A stretch of 64,000 nt of DNA from Nemertoderma westbladi. Its lineage: Eukaryota > Animalia > Xenacoelomorpha. Shown here one piece after another: positions 58,801 through 64,000 of this stretch. A program made the translations under genes and the position numbers. Positions within the stretch are counted from its first letter, which is position 1. Each line of letters starts with the position of its first letter. The DNA is taken from the NCBI GenBank assembly GCA_032718475.1, contig JAUCBJ010006218.1, forward strand, positions 124,001-188,000, given 5' to 3'. The notes beneath the pieces are model-generated. The model saw only the letters and a program-made list of their open reading frames with translations. It searched no databases and was not told the DNA's origin.

Positions 58801-61800
58801 TTACTTACCTCGGTACCATCGTGCTACTTTACTTACCTCGGTACCATCGTGCTACTTTACTTACCTCGGTAACATCGTGCTACTTTACTTACCTCGGTAC
58901 CATCGTGCTACTTTACTTACCTCGGTACCATCGTGCTACTTTACTTACCTCGGTAACATCGTGCTACTTTACTTACCTCGGTAACATCGTGCTACTTTAC
59001 TTACCTCGGTACCATCGTGCTACTTTACTTACCTCGGTACCATCGTGCTACTTTACTTACCTCGGTACCATCGTGCTACTTTACTTACCTCGGTAACATC
59101 GTGCTACTTTACTTACCTCGGTAACATCGTGCTACTTTACTTACCTCGGTACCATCGTGCTACTTTACTTACCTCGGTACCATCGTGCTACTTTACTTAC
59201 CTCGGTACCATCGTGCTACTTTACTTACCTCGGTACCATCGTGCTACTTTACTTACCTCGGTACCATCGTGCTACTTTACTTACCTCGGTAACATCGTGC
59301 TACTTTACTTACCTCGGTAACATCGTGCTACTTTACTTACCTCGGTACCATCGTGCTACTTTACTTACCTCGGTACCATCGTGCTACTTTACTTACCTCG
59401 GTACCATCGTGCTACTTTACTTACCTCGGTAACATCGTGCTACTTTACTTACCTCGGTACCATCGTGCTACTTTACTTACCTCGGTACCATCGTGCTACT
59501 TTACTTACCTCGGTAACATCGTGCTACTTTACTTACCTCGGTACCATCGTGCTACTTTACTTACCTCGGTACCATCGTGCTACTTTACTTACCTCGGTAA
59601 CATCGTGCTACTTTACTTACCTCGGTACCATCGTGCTACTTTACTTACCTCGGTACCATCGTGCTACTTTACTTACCTCGGTAACATCGTGCTACTTTAC
59701 TTACCTCGGTACACATCGTGCTACTTTACTTACCTCGGTACCATCGTGCTACTTTACTTACCTCGGTAACATCGTGCTACTTTACTTACCTCGGTAACAT
59801 CGTGCTACTTTACTTACCTCGGTACCATCGTGCTACTTTACTTACCTCGGTAACATCGTGCTACTTTACTTACCTCGGTAACATCGTGCTACTTTACTTA
59901 CCTCGGTAACATCGTGCTACTTTACTTACCTCGGTAACATCGTGCTACTTTACTTACCTCGGTACCATCGTGCTACTTTACTTACCTCGGTACCATCGTG
60001 CTACTTTACTTACCTCGGTAACATCGTGCTACTTTACTTACCTCGGTAACATCGTGCTACTTTACTTACCTCGGTAACATCGTGCTACTTTACTTACCTC
60101 GGTAACATCGTGCTACTTTACTTACCTCGGTACCATCGTGCTACTTTACTTACCTCGGTAACATCGTGCTACTTTACTTACCTCGGTACCATCGTGCTAC
60201 TTTACTTACCTCGGTACCATCGTGCTACTTTACTTACCTCGGTAACATCGTGCTACTTTACTTACCTCGGTACACATCGTGCTACTTTACTTACCTCGGT
60301 AACATCGTGCTACTTTACTTACCTCGGTACCATCGTGCTACTTTACTTACCTCGGTAACATCGTGCTACTTTACTTACCTCGGTAACATCGTGCTACTTT
60401 ACTTACCTCGGTACCATCGTGCTACTTTACTTACCTCGGTACCATCGTGCTACTTTACTTACCTCGGTAACATCGTGCTACTTTACTTACCTCGGTAACA
60501 TCGTGCTACTTTACTTACCTCGGTACACATCGTGCTACTTTACTTACCTCGGTAACATCGTGCTACTTTACTTACCTCGGTACACATCGTGCTACTTTAC
60601 TTACCTCGGTACCATCGTGCTACTTTACTTACCTCGGTACCATCGTGCTACTTTACTTACCTCGGTACCATCGTGCTACTTTACTTACCTCGGTACCATC
60701 GTGCTACTTTACTTACCTCGGTACCATCGTGCTACTTTACTTACCTCGGTACCATCGTGCTACTTTACTTACCTCGGTAACATCGTGCTACTTTACTTAC
60801 CTCGGTAACATCGTGCTACTTTACTTACCTCGGTACCATCGTGCTACTTTACTTACCTCGGTAACATCGTGCTACTTTACTTACCTCGGTAACATCGTGC
60901 TACTTTACTTACCTCGGTACCATCGTGCTACTTTACTTACCTCGGTACCATCGTGCTACTTTACTTACCTCGGTACCATCGTGCTACTTTACTTACCTCG
61001 GTACCATCGTGCTACTTTACTTACCTCGGTAACATCGTGCTACTTTACTTACCTCGGTACCATCGTGCTACTTTACTTACCTCGGTAACATCGTGCTACT
61101 TTACTTACCTCGGTAACATCGTGCTACTTTACTTACCTCGGTACCATCGTGCTACTTTACTTACCTCGGTACCATCGTGCTACTTTACTTACCTCGGTAA
61201 CATCGTGCTACTTTACTTACCTCGGTACCATCGTGCTACTTTACTTACCTCGGTAACATCGTGCTACTTTACTTACCTCGGTAACATCGTGCTACTTTAC
61301 TTACCTCGGTACCATCGTGCTACTTTACTTACCTCGGTAACATCGTGCTACTTTACTTACCTCGGTACCATCGTGCTACTTTACTTACCTCGGTACCATC
61401 GTGCTACTTTACTTACCTCGGTAACATCGTGCTACTTTACTTACCTCGGTAACATCGTGCTACTTTACTTACCTCGGTAACATCGTGCTACTTTACTTAC
61501 CTCGGTAACATCGTGCTACTTTACTTACCTCGGTACCATCGTGCTACTTTACTTACCTCGGTAACATCGTGCTACTTTACTTACCTCGGTACCATCGTGC
61601 TACTTTACTTACCTCGGTACCATCGTGCTACTTTACTTACCTCGGTAACATCGTGCTACTTTACTTACCTCGGTACCATCGTGCTACTTTACTTACCTCG
61701 GTACCATCGTGCTACTTTACTTACCTCGGTACCATCGTGCTACTTTACTTACCTCGGTACCATCGTGCTACTTTACTTACCTCGGTAACATCGTGCTACT

Positions 61801-64000
61801 TTACTTACCTCGGTACCATCGTGCTACTTTACTTACCTCGGTACCATCGTGCTACTTTACTTACCTCGGTAACATCGTGCTACTTTACTTACCTCGGTAC
61901 CATCGTGCTACTTTACTTACCTCGGTAACATCGTGCTACTTTACTTACCTCGGTAACATCGTGCTACTTTACTTACCTCGGTACCATCGTGCTACTTTAC
62001 TTACCTCGGTAACATCGTGCTACTTTACTTACCTCGGTAACATCGTGCTACTTTACTTACCTCGGTAACATCGTGCTACTTTACTTACCTCGGTACCATC
62101 GTGCTACTTTACTTACCTCGGTAACATCGTGCTACTTTACTTACCTCGGTAACATCGTGCTACTTTACTTACCTCGGTAACATCGTGCTACTTTACTTAC
62201 CTCGGTAACATCGTGCTACTTTACTTACCTCGGTAACATCGTGCTACTTTACTTACCTCGGTAACATCGTGCTACTTTACTTACCTCGGTAACATCGTGC
62301 TACTTTACTTACCTCGGTAACATCGTGCTACTTTACTTACCTCGGTAACATCGTGCTACTTTACTTACCTCGGTACCATCGTGCTACTTTACTTACCTCG
62401 GTAACATCGTGCTACTTTACTTACCTCGGTAACATCGTGCTACTTTACTTACCTCGGTAACATCGTGCTACTTTACTTACCTCGGTAACATCGTGCTACT
62501 TTACTTACCTCGGTAACATCGTGCTACTTTACTTACCTCGGTAACATCGTGCTACTTTACTTACCTCGGTAACATCGTGCTACTTTACTTACCTCGGTAC
62601 CATCGTGCTACTTTACTTACCTCGGTAACATCGTGCTACTTTACTTACCTCGGTAACATCGTGCTACTTTACTTACCTCGGTACCATCGTGCTACTTTAC
62701 TTACCTCGGTACCATCGTGCTACTTTACTTACCTCGGTAACATCGTGCTACTTTACTTACCTCGGTACCATCGTGCTACTTTACTTACCTCGGTAACATC
62801 GTGCTACTTTACTTACCTCGGTACCATCGTGCTACTTTACTTACCTCGGTAACATCGTGCTACTTTACTTACCTCGGTACCATCGTGCTACTTTACTTAC
62901 CTCGGTACCATCGTGCTACTTTACTTACCTCGGTACCATCGTGCTACTTTACTTACCTCGGTACCATCGTGCTACTTTACTTACCTCGGTAACATCGTGC
63001 TACTTTACTTACCTCGGTACCATCGTGCTACTTTACTTACCTCGGTACCATCGTGCTACTTTACTTACCTCGGTACCATCGTGCTACTTTACTTACCTCG
63101 GTACCATCGTGCTACTTTACTTACCTCGGTACCATCGTGCTACTTTACTTACCTCGGTACCATCGTGCTACTTTACTTACCTCGGTACCATCGTGCTACT
63201 TTACTTACCTCGGTACCATCGTGCTACTTTACTTACCTCGGTACCATCGTGCTACTTTACTTACCTCGGTACCATCGTGCTACTTTACTTACCTCGGTAC
63301 CATCGTGCTACTTTACTTACCTCGGTACCATCGTGCTACTTTACTTACCTCGGTACCATCGTGCTACTTTACTTACCTCGGTACCATCGTGCTACTTTAC
63401 TTACCTCGGTACCATCGTGCTACTTTACTTACCTCGGTACCATCGTGCTACTTTACTTACCTCGGTACCATCGTGCTACTTTACTTACCTCGGTACCATC
63501 GTGCTACTTTACTTACCTCGGTACCATCGTGCTACTTTACTTACCTCGGTACCATCGTGCTACTTTACTTACCTCGGTACCATCGTGCTACTTTACTTAC
63601 CTCGGTACCATCGTGCTACTTTACTTACCTCGGTACCATCGTGCTACTTTACTTACCTCGGTACCATCGTGCTACTTTACTTACCTCGGTACACATCGTG
63701 CTACTTTACTTACCTCGGTACCATCGTGCTACTTTACTTACCTCGGTACCATCGTGCTACTTTACTTACCTCGGTACCATCGTGCTACTTTACTTACCTC
63801 GGTACCATCGTGCTACTTTACTTACCTCGGTACCATCGTGCTACTTTACTTACCTCGGTACCATCGTGCTACTTTACTTACCTCGGTACCATCGTGCTAC
63901 TTTACTTACCTCGGTACCATCGTGCTACTTTACTTACCTCGGTACCATCGTGCTACTTTACTTACCTCGGTACCATCGTGCTACTTTACTTACCTCGGTA
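55874..64000. repeat. 28-bp tandem repeat (~290 copies, runs off window)
   Basis: Unit CATCGTGCTACTTTACTTACCTCGGTA(A/C). Confidence 0.97.

Noticed and set aside
55855-62992. Many plus-strand ORFs of the LLYLPRYHRATLLTS type
   Set aside because: Artefacts of the 28-bp tandem repeat.

Overview
Eukaryotic (probably invertebrate) genomic DNA. Positions 1-33 kb hold a four-level nest of mobile elements. An RTE-type LINE 5' region is split by an L2/CR1-group LINE (592..31889, minus strand). The L2 ORF1 is split by a 25.9-kb Polinton/Maverick (adintovirus-like; 5239..31120, AGTAGT termini, ~500-bp TIRs, GGTGGC TSD). The Polinton is split by a 7.1-kb pol-less LTR element (13262..20358, CACTT TSD). 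The Polinton has apparently intact pPolB, integrase, packaging ATPase, adenain protease, major capsid and two minor capsid genes. It also carries accessory ORFs that look like a TATA-binding protein, a PC4-like protein, a RING finger and a DEDD-like nuclease. The LTR element lacks a tRNA primer site; a 9-nt sequence complementary to its own LTR sits there instead, suggesting Tf1-like self-priming. Positions 37.6-55.6 kb carry plus-strand exons of an anoctamin (TMEM16) gene, including a tandem pair of likely mutually exclusive exons. Its introns are filled with unrelated minisatellites (82, 52/53, 49, 40, 34, 22, 19 and 28 bp). All protein calls come from motif recognition by eye; no database search was run.
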